This document shows positions 18,494 to 29,361 of a DNA stretch of 64,000 nucleotides, one piece after another. The notes under the pieces are model-generated. The model was not told where the DNA came from, did no database searches, and saw only the letters and a list, made by a program, of their open reading frames with translations. The stretch is from Patescibacteria group bacterium. Its GTDB lineage: Bacteria > Patescibacteriota > Minisyncoccia > Phycocordibacterales > UBA918. Location: positions 46,554 through 110,553 of the forward strand of contig JAZKFU010000003.1 in NCBI GenBank assembly GCA_040386275.1, given 5' to 3'. Both the position numbers and the translations under genes were made by a program. Every line of letters starts with the position of its first letter. Within the stretch, counting starts at the first letter, position 1.

Positions 18494-20404
18494 CTATTTA
18501 AGCAACAACCTTAGTCCATTTAGGACAACCAACAAAGTTCCTCCTTCATGACCGATTACCCCCAAAGGCAACGGCAAATAAAAGAAAGTAGTAACGATCA
18601 CCATAATGACGAGAATCCCGAGCGCAAAGATAAGATTCTGCTTAATGATACTGTTGGTTTTTTGCGACAACTTTCTCGCCGCTACTATCTTTTGTAAATC
18701 ATCAGACAAAAGCGCTACATCTGCTGCTTCTAGCGCCACATCACTACCGGCGGTACCCATAGCTATGCCAATTTGGGCAGTCACGAGGGCAGCCGCATCA
18801 TTTACCCCATCTCCTACAAAGGCCACTCTGCCCACTGATTTTAGCTCTTCAACTACTCGAACTTTATCTTCTGGCAGTAATTCAGCGTAGACATCTTTTT
18901 CATCAATCCCCACCGCCCGCGCAATATGATGCGCAGCCCTGATGTTATCTCCCGTTACCATCACAATCCGGGTAATCCCCGAAGCGCGCAGGGCAGCTAC
19001 TGTTTCTTTAGCAGTAGCGCGTACACTATCGGCGATGGCAAAAATTCCTAAAAGCGTATCGCTGGCAACCAGAATAGTTGTATAGCCTTCAGTTTCATAC
19101 GCCTCAATGCGCGCTTCTGTTGCATTATCAATCGATACGTTCATTGAGCGAAGCAGTGCCCTATTTCCTGCGCCATACGTGCGCCCATCAATGGTAGCTA
19201 CGATTCCTTTACCCGGTACCGCTTTTGCATTAGTCACTACTAATTCTGACGTGTTGTGTTCGCGAACATACGTTACTACACTACGCGCCAACGGATGCTC
19301 CGAGTGCACTTCAAGCGCAAGGGCGATACGCATTAGTTCTGCCTCCTCCACAGACACAGCTTCCATCGCCATCACTTGCATCTTTCCTGTTGTCAGGGTA
19401 CCGGTTTTATCAAAGGCGATAGTATCAATATGGGCAAAGGTTTCAAGCGCCGCTCCACCTTTAAATAACATACCTTGGCGCGCTGAAGCAGCTAACGCTG
19501 AAAGGATAGCGGCCGGCACAGAAATCACAATCGCACAGGGACTCGCTACGACTAGTAACGTAGCGGCTTTATACAGTGCGTCCGAAAGCGAGAACCCGAC
19601 CAATAGAAACCCAATCAAACCAAGCGTACTTCCCACGAGCACCACTAACGTGTAGCGTTCTCCAAACCAATCACTAAACCGCTCACTCGGTGACCGTTTG
19701 GCTTGAGCTTCTGTTACTAAGGTAATCATCCGCGCGAGTGTGGAATGACTAGCGGTTTGTGTAACTACTACTTGCAACACACCGTGTCCGTTTACCGTAC
19801 CGGCAAACACGGTGTCTCCAATTATTTTATCAACCGGAACAGATTCCCCTGTGATTGAGGATTGATCAATACTACTTTCTCCGAAGGAAATTTTTCCATC
19901 AATCGGTACCCGTTCTCCTGGCTTGATAACAACTACATCTCCAATAACCAAATTTTCTACCGGCACGACAGTAATTTCTCCTGATAGACTCAGACGGTTC
20001 GCTTCATCAGGACGAATTTTCATCAGGGACACAACCGCCTTTTTGGTGTTCCCGAGCGCATAGGATTCAAGGGTTCCGGCGAGACTAAAGAGGCACAATA
20101 AAATCGCTCCGTCACGAGGAGCACCCACTAGCGCCGCCGCGATTGCAGCCAAGACCATGAGTAAATCAATGTCTAATTTACCCGCAAGCAAACTTTCAAC
20201 AGCTTGCTTTGCTGGCGCAAGTCCCCCGGCGAGGAACGACAACCCAAAACCAATCCACATAAACAGAGACGGAGCTTCAGTGACTTGGACGTAGATTCCA
20301 ACTGCTAACCCGACAAAGGCTACCAGCGTTAAAAACGCATCTTTATATAACTCTTTTTGTTCGTCTGCTAATTCTTGACGTAATGTTTCGGCGGGATTTT
20401 TCAT
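18494..20404 (-). CDS. Heavy-metal P1B-type ATPase (P1B-4-like, Zn/Co/Cd/Fe)
   Basis: TGES, SPC membrane motif, DKTGT, SEHP, GDGVND, HEGGT. Confidence 0.93.
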   Translation of the reverse strand: MKNPAETLRQELADEQKELYKDAFLTLVAFVGLAVGIYVQVTEAPSLFMWIGFGLSFLAGGLAPAKQAVESLLAGKLDIDLLMVLAAIAAALVGAPRDGAILLCLFSLAGTLESYALGNTKKAVVSLMKIRPDEANRLSLSGEITVVPVENLVIGDVVVIKPGERVPIDGKISFGESSIDQSSITGESVPVDKIIGDTVFAGTVNGHGVLQVVVTQTASHSTLARMITLVTEAQAKRSPSERFSDWFGERYTLVVLVGSTLGLIGFLLVGFSLSDALYKAATLLVVASPCAIVISVPAAILSALAASARQGMLFKGGAALETFAHIDTIAFDKTGTLTTGKMQVMAMEAVSVEEAELMRIALALEVHSEHPLARSVVTYVREHNTSELVVTNAKAVPGKGIVATIDGRTYGAGNRALLRSMNVSIDNATEARIEAYETEGYTTILVASDTLLGIFAIADSVRATAKETVAALRASGITRIVMVTGDNIRAAHHIARAVGIDEKDVYAELLPEDKVRVVEELKSVGRVAFVGDGVNDAAALVTAQIGIAMGTAGSDVALEAADVALLSDDLQKIVAARKLSQKTNSIIKQNLIFALGILVIMVIVTTFFYLPLPLGVIGHEGGTLLVVLNGLRLLLK

Positions 20405-20468
20405 GTAGCCTATCCTACCGTGATTACGCTCATATGAATAGATGTCCTCTGGGCGTTATGATGACCAA

Positions 20469-21077
20469 TTACTTCACAAGGTACCGATACACATTAAAGC
20501 CAACAATTGCCCCAACGACAGGACCTAGGAGATACATGATGGAAATTGCATTAAGCGCAAACGCAACGGCCGGGTTCAAAATGCCCAACGAGCCGGTAGC
20601 GCTGGCTATTAAAATTCCTAGTAGTAATGACCCACCGATAACTACTCCTGAGAGTGCGTTTGAAACTCTGCCATACACCACAGCAGCAATTCCAAACGTA
20701 AAAAAGAAAGCGCCAAGCGCCTCGGCAAAAAAGAAGGGGGCGGCAAATCCCGGTGCTGTAGCAGACGGAATAACCATCCCGAGGGTTCGCACGAGCACGA
20801 TGGCTACCGCGGCGGCAAATACTTGAAAGAATATATACCCCACCGCATCTTTACTCGATATTTTTTTAATAGACCAGACGCCGATTGTCACTGCCGGATT
20901 CAGGTGCGCTCCAGAGATTCCACTAATAGTGTACACAAATAATCCTAACGTCAGACCAGCAATCAACGCGAGCGGGATGGGAGATGGTTCAAGCTTAGAT
21001 ACAGTGGCTAATATTATAAATGAGAGTGCAAACGTTCCAATAAATTCAGCGAGGTATTTATTTTTCATGTGATGCAT
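20469..21077 (-). CDS. Aquaporin (MIP family)
   Basis: AEFIGT, SGAHLNPAVT and a second NPA. Confidence 0.92.
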   Translation of the reverse strand: MHHMKNKYLAEFIGTFALSFIILATVSKLEPSPIPLALIAGLTLGLFVYTISGISGAHLNPAVTIGVWSIKKISSKDAVGYIFFQVFAAAVAIVLVRTLGMVIPSATAPGFAAPFFFAEALGAFFFTFGIAAVVYGRVSNALSGVVIGGSLLLGILIASATGSLGILNPAVAFALNAISIMYLLGPVVGAIVGFNVYRYLVK

Positions 21078-21177
21078 TAAACCTTAATAACTACCCTCTA
21101 AGTATAAACCCAATGTACCTATTATTTCCATCGGTGTGGTACTAAAAACCCGAATTTTATGACAAAAAATACGTATA

Positions 21178-21570
21178 TTACAGCATTGCGAGAATGTAGT
21201 GGCCAAAAATAAAGAACCCACAGATTAAGGCGGTGGTAGCAGCTATTAACACCGCCGCCGCAGCCACGTCTTTAGTATCCCGAGCATACGGATGGTATTC
21301 CGGTGAAGTTAAATCAATATCAATTTCAATGGCGGTATTAAAAGCTTCCGCACACAATACAAATCCTCCAGCGAGCACCAACACCATCCATTCCACCACT
21401 GTAATTGAAAAGTACATACCCAGAAATATCGCGGCCGCCAAAAATACTAAATGTATCCACGCATTGTGGGTGCTTTTTACAAAAATCCATACTCCCCTCC
21501 CGGCATGCGTAAAACTTTTTGCACGTTTTACTATCGAAAATGAATCATTAAGCGCAGCTGGTTTTTCCAT
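21178..21570 (-). CDS. dgkA: Prokaryotic diacylglycerol/undecaprenol kinase (DgkA family)
   Basis: SF-x-x-A-x-x-G, EAFNTAIE, KDVAAAAVL. Likely start is 21570. Confidence 0.88.
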   Translation of the reverse strand: MEKPAALNDSFSIVKRAKSFTHAGRGVWIFVKSTHNAWIHLVFLAAAIFLGMYFSITVVEWMVLVLAGGFVLCAEAFNTAIEIDIDLTSPEYHPYARDTKDVAAAAVLIAATTALICGFFIFGHYILAML

Positions 21571-21592
21571 AAGTATTGAAGTTATGACAATA

Positions 21593-22549
21593 TTATACAT
21601 CCATCATTATGTCTCGGGTGAGGGTATTATAGATACCACTCGCAATAAGTTTATTATTAGTTTGATATTCAGCGAGCGCCGCTGTGGTTGCAGGTCCAAA
21701 ATACCCGGTAGCGCCACTAAGCGCGAGCGTGTCACGAGCAGGGCCGGTACTCGAAAATAGTAGGTATAGTTGTAACAACGATACCGAGGCGCCCGTATCG
21801 CCAGTTTTTAAATCTGACATGAGGACACTTGGAATGGTTGCGATGATTTTTTGTAACGCGAGTTGCGCATCTATTGCTGTTCCTAATCCGGATTTTTTAA
21901 GTTCCGTATCAATCGCAGTCGGCAGGTCATACCCTAACCGCGCAGCCTCCATTATTTCTTTAGAAAAAGTGCTGGTGAGAAAGGCGGCGTACTCTCCATC
22001 ATTTCTGAGCTTTTTAAAATGCTGCGGTAAAAATGAAATTTTTTGCTTCAAGGTAAAGTCAGCTCCTAATCGTACATACGGATCGGTAGCTTTATTATCA
22101 TCGTCGCGGACTTCAAAGTGCAAATGGTACACCCCATCTGGAGCATTCCCTGTATCACCCACCGTCCCAATAATATCTCCTACATTTAATCTATCGCCAC
22201 GTCGTATGGGCGCTATTGTATCGAGGTGCATGTAGCGAAAAACTTCACCGCCCGGGTTGGAAGTGTACACAAACTTTCCCGCACTCTCGCCATTTCCTGT
22301 AGCAATCACGGTGGCTTTGGTCGGAGACACAATCGGCGTGCCTTTAGGAGCAAACATATCTTGCCCTTCATGACTTCGCGTCCCGTTACCGCGTGGTTCA
22401 CCAAAATCAGATCGTACTGACGAAGCCGTCACCCCAAACAAAACAGGCACTGAAAATGTTTCCCCGGTAGTCGCTCCATACGCAGTCTTACTCCCGAGCA
22501 ACCCTCCGACTACTAGCGTCAAAGCAAAGGCAAAAATTGAGTATTTCAT
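21593..22549 (-). CDS. M23 peptidase with C-terminal peptidoglycan-binding domain
   Basis: Signal peptide, HEGQD, YMHL, HLHFE; C-terminal LQ-x-x-L...TGYFGPAT-x-AAL-x-x-YQ. Likely start is 22549. Confidence 0.88.
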   Translation of the reverse strand: MKYSIFAFALTLVVGGLLGSKTAYGATTGETFSVPVLFGVTASSVRSDFGEPRGNGTRSHEGQDMFAPKGTPIVSPTKATVIATGNGESAGKFVYTSNPGGEVFRYMHLDTIAPIRRGDRLNVGDIIGTVGDTGNAPDGVYHLHFEVRDDDNKATDPYVRLGADFTLKQKISFLPQHFKKLRNDGEYAAFLTSTFSKEIMEAARLGYDLPTAIDTELKKSGLGTAIDAQLALQKIIATIPSVLMSDLKTGDTGASVSLLQLYLLFSSTGPARDTLALSGATGYFGPATTAALAEYQTNNKLIASGIYNTLTRDIMMDV

Positions 22550-22615
22550 ACGGTAGTAAGTATACCACTCCCTTCTAACCGCTTTGCAGAACACCACAAC
22601 CCTACAAGAAGGTAC

Positions 22616-23428
22616 TTATTCGTACCAGCCCAATAATTCAACTTCAATGTCTTTGTTCCCCGCCTCAATTAGAGATTTGAATTTTTCTACATCCGCAAAC
22701 CCATCTGGTTGTCTGTAGTGATACGGAATAACTTTAGTAGGAGCAAACGCGAGCACTGCTTGTGATGCTTCTTCTACACCCATGGTGTACGGCAAGTTCA
22801 TCGGTACAAACGCCACATCAATGTCAGTCAACGCCATCATTTCCGGAATTGGTCCGGTATCACCCGCAATATACACCCGAGTATCTTCAACGGAAACCAA
22901 GTACCCATTACCCCGTCCTTTTGCATGTCGACTGTCAGCCGTTTCTGGAACGTTATACATCGGCGTAGCCGTAATAGACAAACCTTGTTCGGTACGCGTA
23001 TCATCATTAGCCATCACTGTTACTCGAGACGCAAGCGACGCCGGAAGCAATTCTTGTACCGCCTGTGGAGCAATGAGAGTAGTTGTGTCTCCCATCACTG
23101 CCTCTAACGTTGAAGTACTCAAATGATCGCCATGAATATCAGTTACCAATACAATATTTGCTGGTGGTTGCCCCGCAAAAGCTTCTGCTCCTCCCACTGG
23201 ATCGACATATACCACTACCTCACCAAACGTCAACACCATCGTTGCGTGCGAAATAGGCGCTACAACTACTGCTTCGGCATTAGTAGTCGCGAGCGAATCA
23301 ACAACCGGAGCCCTCGGGGTTTCTGTAACTGTTTCCGCTTGCTTTTCAGTAAAAATATAATCATTAAGTGCATAAAACCCCGCAATTCCGACCGCTACTA
23401 CGGCCACAAAAATGTATATTAATTTCAT
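22616..23428 (-). CDS. MBL-fold metallo-hydrolase (membrane-anchored)
   Basis: TDIHGDH, YIAGDT, PYHY motifs. Likely start is 23428. Confidence 0.88.
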   Translation of the reverse strand: MKLIYIFVAVVAVGIAGFYALNDYIFTEKQAETVTETPRAPVVDSLATTNAEAVVVAPISHATMVLTFGEVVVYVDPVGGAEAFAGQPPANIVLVTDIHGDHLSTSTLEAVMGDTTTLIAPQAVQELLPASLASRVTVMANDDTRTEQGLSITATPMYNVPETADSRHAKGRGNGYLVSVEDTRVYIAGDTGPIPEMMALTDIDVAFVPMNLPYTMGVEEASQAVLAFAPTKVIPYHYRQPDGFADVEKFKSLIEAGNKDIEVELLGWYE

Positions 23429-23564
23429 AACTCTATTATATCGCATATCTTTGATTGAGTCATAATTTTGACTTACTCTAATTTTCTTTACTCAATTATA
23501 AAAAAGGAGCCGGCCCGTATGCGGGGCAAGCTCCATTGGCACGAGACACCTCCTAGAGGCCACG

Positions 23565-23933
23565 TTAATCTTTTTCATCACACGAGGCGTCGCTTTGCAG
23601 TGAACCGCCCAATCCTTTGCTAAATAACTTTTGCAGTTTTGGATCTTGAAACTGGGCCACTAGCCCATCAGCCTTCTGGTGCGGAGTGGTTTCAAAAACG
23701 CCATTTCCTTTTGCATGAGCGTTCATGACAGTTACTGTCATACGCGCTTTGCGCACTGGGCGAAATGTTGGAACATGAGACACCTCTTTACCTTGCAAAG
23801 AACTAAGAACTGCTTCTGCCACAGTAGTACATTGGGGTGATTTTTGTTTTTGTACTAATACTTTCTTTCTAACGATGTACCCCAGCACAAATCCCAGCAC
23901 CACCATGCTTACAACCCATTCAACACTCATCAT
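23565..23933 (-). CDS. Hypothetical single-TM protein (orphan)
   Basis: Strong SD AAGGAGG, N-terminal TM, downstream hairpin. Confidence 0.6.
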   Translation of the reverse strand: MMSVEWVVSMVVLGFVLGYIVRKKVLVQKQKSPQCTTVAEAVLSSLQGKEVSHVPTFRPVRKARMTVTVMNAHAKGNGVFETTPHQKADGLVAQFQDPKLQKLFSKGLGGSLQSDASCDEKD

Positions 23934-23997
23934 CTCTCCTCCTTTACGTCATATTCCGTCAATTACATTACACCATATTATATCAAAAAAATCAATT

Positions 23998-24909
23998 TTA
24001 CGCAGCACCGTTTAAGGCCGCTTCCAGGGTTGCTATATCAAATTTTTTCATTGGTAAAAAGGCTTGGACCACACGATCAATCTGCTCAGGTGTGCCTGAC
24101 TGCATAATCGTAATCATGGCGGTTGGAGTAATTTGCCAGGAGACGCCGAATTTGTCTTTAAGCCAGCCACATTGCTCGGCTTCTGGTACCGCCGACAATT
24201 TCTCCCAGTAATAATCAATCTCCGCTTGAGTATCACAGTTCACAATAAATGAAACAGCCTCCGAAAATGCGAAGTCATGATCACGAGCACTGTCCATAGC
24301 GGCAAACCATTGCCCTTCTAATTGAAAGTCGCTATACATTACACTCTCCTGCGTATCAGAGTCATTTTCGGAAGGAGACATTACTAACGTAGCGGGAGCA
24401 GCGTTTTTGAATACTGAACAATAGAAATCACGCGCGGCTTTGGCATTACCTAGCGCTTTACCGGTAAACAATATTGAGGGAATAATGTTGGGACGTATTT
24501 CATCAGCTTTTTGTGAGGTATACGATAATTGCCACGAAACACCAAATTTATCTTCAACCCAACCATAGCGTTCACTAAATGGATAGGTATCAAGCTCCAT
24601 CATAATCTTCCCGCCGTCTATCAATTTTTCCCACGCCGAATCAATAAGGGTTCGAGCGTTTTCATAGATTGCTTCGTCAAAAGTAACCATAAACGAAATC
24701 GAAGGATTGATCACAAAATACGGACCCGCACTAATAGACATAAAGGTATAGCCCATGATTTCAAACTTCATAACATCACAGTCTCCTGATGGAGTATTCC
24801 GCATCACGGTGTGACTGATTATTTTTGCATCAGGAAACACGCTGGCATAAAATTCAGCGGCTGGTTTTGCCTCGGTATCAAACCAAAGATGCGGAACAAT
24901 TTTTTGCAT
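23998..24909 (-). CDS. VOC family protein (tandem PhnB/3-dmu-9_3-mt domains)
   Basis: QKIVPHLWF, two DKFGVSWQ repeats, MKKFDIA. Likely start is 24909. Confidence 0.9.
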   Translation of the reverse strand: MQKIVPHLWFDTEAKPAAEFYASVFPDAKIISHTVMRNTPSGDCDVMKFEIMGYTFMSISAGPYFVINPSISFMVTFDEAIYENARTLIDSAWEKLIDGGKIMMELDTYPFSERYGWVEDKFGVSWQLSYTSQKADEIRPNIIPSILFTGKALGNAKAARDFYCSVFKNAAPATLVMSPSENDSDTQESVMYSDFQLEGQWFAAMDSARDHDFAFSEAVSFIVNCDTQAEIDYYWEKLSAVPEAEQCGWLKDKFGVSWQITPTAMITIMQSGTPEQIDRVVQAFLPMKKFDIATLEAALNGAA

Positions 24910-24953
24910 ACTCTTATTATACAACAATACGACCCTAAACGATTCAACAAAAA

Positions 24954-25559
24954 TTATTGTAGGACAGCACTTCCTATAATGCGACTAGCGAGTTCATCCA
25001 CCGGAAACGCGGCCTGTTCTGACTGACACTCACTTTGGCGCGGTTCATCATAGTTCATACATTGTGGAGTTTTGAGAGTAAACAATACACTTACAACAAA
25101 ATCACCTCGCTTGGTCGCATACTGATACTGAGTATAAGAAGTGCCGGCCGCCCCTTGTTTTGACTCACTGACACAATAGCTTTGATTATTAATTACTCGT
25201 TGGGTGGAACTTGTAACTTCTCCACTATGTGAGGCCATGTCACCTTCAAGACATGATACCGTCCCTTCTGTCACAACTACCTGGGGTGGCCATTCAACGG
25301 CAGACACATAGATTGTAGGGAGTGGATTAGGATAGTTGAATTGAGTCCCCGAAGCAGAAGTAGTGGCGTACACCCAGTTCCAAGTGTCTATACCTTCTGC
25401 AGTAGTGGTTGCAGTTTCAGGTAGCAGAACCGTTTGGGGTGCATCTGATTCCCAATCAAGAATTGTATCTACCAAGCGCGGTAACCAGTAGGACTGAGTG
25501 ATAAGCAAACCAAGACCGATTACAATCAGCACTCCCAACACAATTCGAATTGTTTTCAT
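24954..25559 (-). CDS. Hypothetical exported protein (Cys-containing)
   Basis: N-terminal TM, GAAGT-x-Y and C-x-NYD-x-x-x-x-x-x-C motifs. Confidence 0.7.
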   Translation of the reverse strand: MKTIRIVLGVLIVIGLGLLITQSYWLPRLVDTILDWESDAPQTVLLPETATTTAEGIDTWNWVYATTSASGTQFNYPNPLPTIYVSAVEWPPQVVVTEGTVSCLEGDMASHSGEVTSSTQRVINNQSYCVSESKQGAAGTSYTQYQYATKRGDFVVSVLFTLKTPQCMNYDEPRQSECQSEQAAFPVDELASRIIGSAVLQ

Positions 25560-25586
25560 ACTTTGAGTATACTCCTCTTTCTCATA

Positions 25587-26123
25587 TTATCTTACCCGTC
25601 TAAGATGTAGATACAATATGATTAAAAACGCAAACGTTACCGCTGACAAAAAAGGAAACGTCACAAAGCCAAATTGATTAATAATCTTAGCGGCACAATC
25701 GGCGCTCCCATCGGCGAGACACGGCATAAAACCGTCCTTTGTTTCCGTTGGTATCATTTGATAGATATAGTGATACACCGCTACCAAAAGTCCGAACATT
25801 GATAAGCCAATACTATATAGTGGGAAAAATACTCGCTCCTGGGCACGCACTGCCATCAATGCCATGAGGGCCTGTGGGTAAAGTGCGATGCGTTGCAGCC
25901 AGCACAACGAACACGGCACAAATCCAAAATACTCAGAATAGACCAGGGAGAGGGCCACACTCCCCACCGTCGTCACCACCATAATCGGCCACACGTAGAT
26001 ATGCACCCAGCCGTTGTATAACGTACTGCGATTCCAGATGTAATCAATTACCAAAACTATCGTCGCTACTAGTAAACCTAACCCGCCAATCGCTACCAAA
26101 AAATTTAATGTGAACAAATCCAT
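25587..26123 (-). CDS. dsbB: Disulfide bond formation protein B (DsbB/BdbC family)
   Basis: PCSLCWLQRI, a second Cys pair, and TM helices. Confidence 0.88.
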   Translation of the reverse strand: MDLFTLNFLVAIGGLGLLVATIVLVIDYIWNRSTLYNGWVHIYVWPIMVVTTVGSVALSLVYSEYFGFVPCSLCWLQRIALYPQALMALMAVRAQERVFFPLYSIGLSMFGLLVAVYHYIYQMIPTETKDGFMPCLADGSADCAAKIINQFGFVTFPFLSAVTFAFLIILYLHLRRVR

Positions 26124-26200
26124 ACCGGTTTAAATTATGTAAATATCGTTTGTATTCTTCGAGTCTATACGTACTAGTATATCAAATTGAAACTACCCAT

Positions 26201-26240
26201 AAAAATAAGCCTGCGCACGGGTGCACAGGCTTATATTTTT
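26201..26240. terminator. Intrinsic terminator hairpin
   Basis: AAAAATAAGCCTG-GCAC / GTGC-CAGGCTTAT-TTTT. Confidence 0.55.
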
Positions 26241-26251
26241 AGCGATAGGGC

Positions 26252-26530
26252 CTAATCACCCCTACTAGCATCGTACATGTTCTGCTCGGACGTGCGAGCG
26301 TTCTTGACCACCATGGTGTCGCCCGTGCCAGCACGGTGAGAAAGTGGATACACCTGAGGGTGAGTCGCATCCGGCATTGGATCAGACGGTTGCTCAACAG
26401 TGCGCCGAGATTTGAACGTGGCCGGCACATTCAAAGCGTTTTTCTCAGCCCGATCGACAAATTCACTAAAGTGCAGATAGATGATGTACGCCGACTCTGC
26501 CGCAACGATAAACCATAGGAACTTTTCCAT
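26252..26530 (-). CDS. Hypothetical single-TM protein (orphan)
   Basis: TAGGAGG SD before ATG 26530; TTGACA-N16-TATAGT upstream. Confidence 0.6.
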   Translation of the reverse strand: MEKFLWFIVAAESAYIIYLHFSEFVDRAEKNALNVPATFKSRRTVEQPSDPMPDATHPQVYPLSHRAGTGDTMVVKNARTSEQNMYDASRGD

Positions 26531-26604
26531 GTGCGTCCTCCTAAAAAACACGGATTTTCTTCTCTAACACTATAAATTAAAAATATTGTATGTCAAGGTA
26601 TCGT

Positions 26605-27042
26605 CTACTTCCGCGTAAGTTTACTCCCTTTGATGATTTTGTTGTCAGTATCAAGCACATAAAGACTATCGGGCTCTGCAGTTAACCGTACATACCGAAT
26701 ATGTTCTCCTTCCGGTTTTTGCCAATTAAGTACATACACACTGGCATCAGTATCGTTCTCAAATCCCCGCTCACTATTCATATCTCCTTCTCGAACTAAA
26801 TCATTAGTTTGTAATCGAAAGCGACGATAGTCCCACTGTTCAAAGATGACATTCACTCTATCCACTCTCGCCTCATAGCGTTCAGTGACCGGCTGATTTA
26901 CTGTATTTTCTTCGTTTGTCTCACGTAACGGTTCTAGCGTTTGCATCTGAACGGGAGGCGTACTTGATTGATTTGTACGCACAACAAACATCACGATACT
27001 CGCGACGAGCACCAAAAGCCCTAACGAGACCGTTGTTCGCAT
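26605..27042 (-). CDS. Hypothetical exported protein
   Basis: 145 aa, N-terminal TM, directly downstream of xseB. Confidence 0.65.
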   Translation of the reverse strand: MRTTVSLGLLVLVASIVMFVVRTNQSSTPPVQMQTLEPLRETNEENTVNQPVTERYEARVDRVNVIFEQWDYRRFRLQTNDLVREGDMNSERGFENDTDASVYVLNWQKPEGEHIRYVRLTAEPDSLYVLDTDNKIIKGSKLTRK

Positions 27043-27045
27043 ACC

Positions 27046-27288
27046 TTACTCTAAAGCATCTTCATCATTGTCAAGAGCGAGTGAACCCATTTCCTTTTCA
27101 ATTTCTTTAAATTCGTTTTCAATTTGCGCCAAGCGAGCTTTTGATTCTTTAATAAGCGTCGCGGCCGACCGAACTTTTTCTAACCCTTGCTCGACATCAA
27201 CATTCTCCTGTTCATCAAACCAATTCACAATAGCCGTGAGTTCTGAAAGTGAACGTGTGAGATTAATTTCTTGTTTTTTTGCAACCAT
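27046..27288 (-). CDS. xseB: Exodeoxyribonuclease VII small subunit
   Basis: Short coiled-coil protein (L-x-x-IV-x-WF...L-x-x-IENEF) directly after xseA. Confidence 0.85.
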   Translation of the reverse strand: MVAKKQEINLTRSLSELTAIVNWFDEQENVDVEQGLEKVRSAATLIKESKARLAQIENEFKEIEKEMGSLALDNDEDALE

Positions 27289-27294
27289 AGTATT

Positions 27295-28686
27295 TTATTG
27301 TACCTTTTTAACCTCGGTAGTAAAGCTTCCGTCATGGACCCGCACTTCTACTGTAGAACCCTCGTGCACATCAGCGGTGGAGCGAATAATTTTACCGCCC
27401 ACATAGGACAAACTGTACCCCAGCCGTAACGTTCGCGCCGGATCAGCAATTTTTATGGCTTGCTCACTTTGGGTCAGTCGCTGCCCGGCGGTAGCAATAA
27501 TGCGTCTCTGCTCGGCTGCTATATACCGCCCGGTACCCAAGAGCTCGCTGTGTGATTCCTTGAGAACCAACCGTAATTTTCTCCGTATCAAACTCTCAGA
27601 TTGCTTCAATCCTCGCTGTACTGATTTCATTTCAGCTTGAAGAATAGTGACTACATTCTGGAAGGAAAGATTGGCTTTAGTAATTATCGTTTCAATGGTG
27701 CGGTACGCGTGTTCAATGGCGCGGGTAGTTCCGGTGAGTTTCAATCGAGCGTTAGATATAATGGCGTCATATTGTCGCAGTAGTCGTGCCTGGCGACTAT
27801 CAATGGTACTACCGACTTCAGACAACCGCTGTTGTAATGAATTCATAATTTTTACTTCAGCCTGTTCAAGCGAACTTTGTAACGTGTCCCAAGTTTCATT
27901 TAATGCTTCCGCCACGGCGGTAGGTGTAGACGCTCCTCGATCGGCTACCAGTTCGGCTAACGTTACGTCCACATCGTGACCAATTCCCGTGAGTACCGGA
28001 CAATGAAAGCTGGCTATCGCTCGGACAACTGATTCCGTATTAAACGGTTGCAATGACTCCCACGATCCACCCCCGCGCATAATCACCAGCACTTCTATAT
28101 CCTGCTTGCGCATGGTTTTTAACGCCGCCAACAATTCATGTATCGCATCTTTCCCTTCAACACGGGAATCAACCATCGTTATCTGAAAACCGTACCGACC
28201 CAAATTTGAATTAAAATCTTGTATCACTACGCCGGACCGCGAAGTAATCACGCCGATACGACGAGGGTAGAGCGCCAGGGGCCGCTTCCGCTCAGTCGCT
28301 AATAACCCATCGGCCTCAAGCTTTATCTTAAGTTCGTCATAGGCTTTTTTTAGCTGTCCTTCGCCTGCATATTCAATGGTATTGACCTTCATCGAAAATG
28401 ATCCGCGGGCGGCATAAATTTCTGGAGTCCCGGTAACAATAATTTTATCCCCCTCTTTAATACGCACACCATTTTGCACGTAGATAGATTTCCAAATAAC
28501 ACACGAGAGTAACGCGTCTTGCGTTGTGTCCTTAATACTAAAGTACACTGCCGTTGGGTAGGTATCTTTAACACTCGTAACTTCCCCCTCAACCCGTCCA
28601 CTATGACGAGCAAGCGTGCTATTAATACCCGACAAAAACTCCGCTACCGATTGAGTTTCAGTTTTAGAATCATAAAACTCTTGCAT
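27295..28686 (-). CDS. xseA: Exodeoxyribonuclease VII large subunit
   Basis: OB fold (VEGEV, YFSIKD), IGVITS, RGGGS, TGIGH-x-x-D, TPTAVAE. Confidence 0.95.
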   Translation of the reverse strand: MQEFYDSKTETQSVAEFLSGINSTLARHSGRVEGEVTSVKDTYPTAVYFSIKDTTQDALLSCVIWKSIYVQNGVRIKEGDKIIVTGTPEIYAARGSFSMKVNTIEYAGEGQLKKAYDELKIKLEADGLLATERKRPLALYPRRIGVITSRSGVVIQDFNSNLGRYGFQITMVDSRVEGKDAIHELLAALKTMRKQDIEVLVIMRGGGSWESLQPFNTESVVRAIASFHCPVLTGIGHDVDVTLAELVADRGASTPTAVAEALNETWDTLQSSLEQAEVKIMNSLQQRLSEVGSTIDSRQARLLRQYDAIISNARLKLTGTTRAIEHAYRTIETIITKANLSFQNVVTILQAEMKSVQRGLKQSESLIRRKLRLVLKESHSELLGTGRYIAAEQRRIIATAGQRLTQSEQAIKIADPARTLRLGYSLSYVGGKIIRSTADVHEGSTVEVRVHDGSFTTEVKKVQ

Positions 28687-28764
28687 TACCTTACTGTACC
28701 AAAATTACTGACAATAATAAAACCTGGGCTGTATACCTCAACTAAAGCAAGCTGTTTTTAGCAA

Positions 28765-29286
28765 TTAGTTTGAAATTTCAATGAGACTCGACACTGACTC
28801 ACCCATCGCATCTGTCGCTTTTGCATCACTCGCTTCATTAAATGAGCCGTCATCGTTAGATTCGCGAAATAGAAAGGCCCACACTTGTTCCCCAACCAAC
28901 GTAGCTCGAGAGAGCGGCACGCTTACGTTACTACTACCTCCAGCCGGCAACCATACACTTGAACCGAGCATCGTTGTAGCATTATCATCAACGTTTTCAT
29001 ACACCACTACATATCCTGGTTCAGCTAGATTCACTTGGGAAATAGTGATATTTTTGCCCGCACGTTGCGCGCTTGCATCAATGAAAATTTCACCCACTGA
29101 ACTATTTTCCGATGGCACAAAATCTGTTTCCCCTTCGTTGCCATCCTCGCCGATAATCACTTGAGCATTCTCGTCACCAGGGTTACTACCTACATTTTTA
29201 GAAAAATCCACACTTTGACTCTCAACGTAAAAATATAATCCGCCTAGTAATAAAAAAACAATAATGAAAAAGGTTGATTGTGACAT
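28765..29286 (-). CDS. Exported single-TM protein (DUF7282-like), paralog of 33959-34489
   Basis: V-x-L-x-x-PGYVV...LG-x-S...LSR...WA-x-L-x-x-ESN-x-D-x-x-F shared with 33959-34489. Confidence 0.7.
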   Translation of the reverse strand: MSQSTFFIIVFLLLGGLYFYVESQSVDFSKNVGSNPGDENAQVIIGEDGNEGETDFVPSENSSVGEIFIDASAQRAGKNITISQVNLAEPGYVVVYENVDDNATTMLGSSVWLPAGGSSNVSVPLSRATLVGEQVWAFLFRESNDDGSFNEASDAKATDAMGESVSSLIEISN

Positions 29287-29361
29287 ATTGTTTAGTATAG
29301 CAAATACATTTTAAAAAAAATGTAGTGTGCACTCTTTAATGACGAAGCCGTGGTAATACCA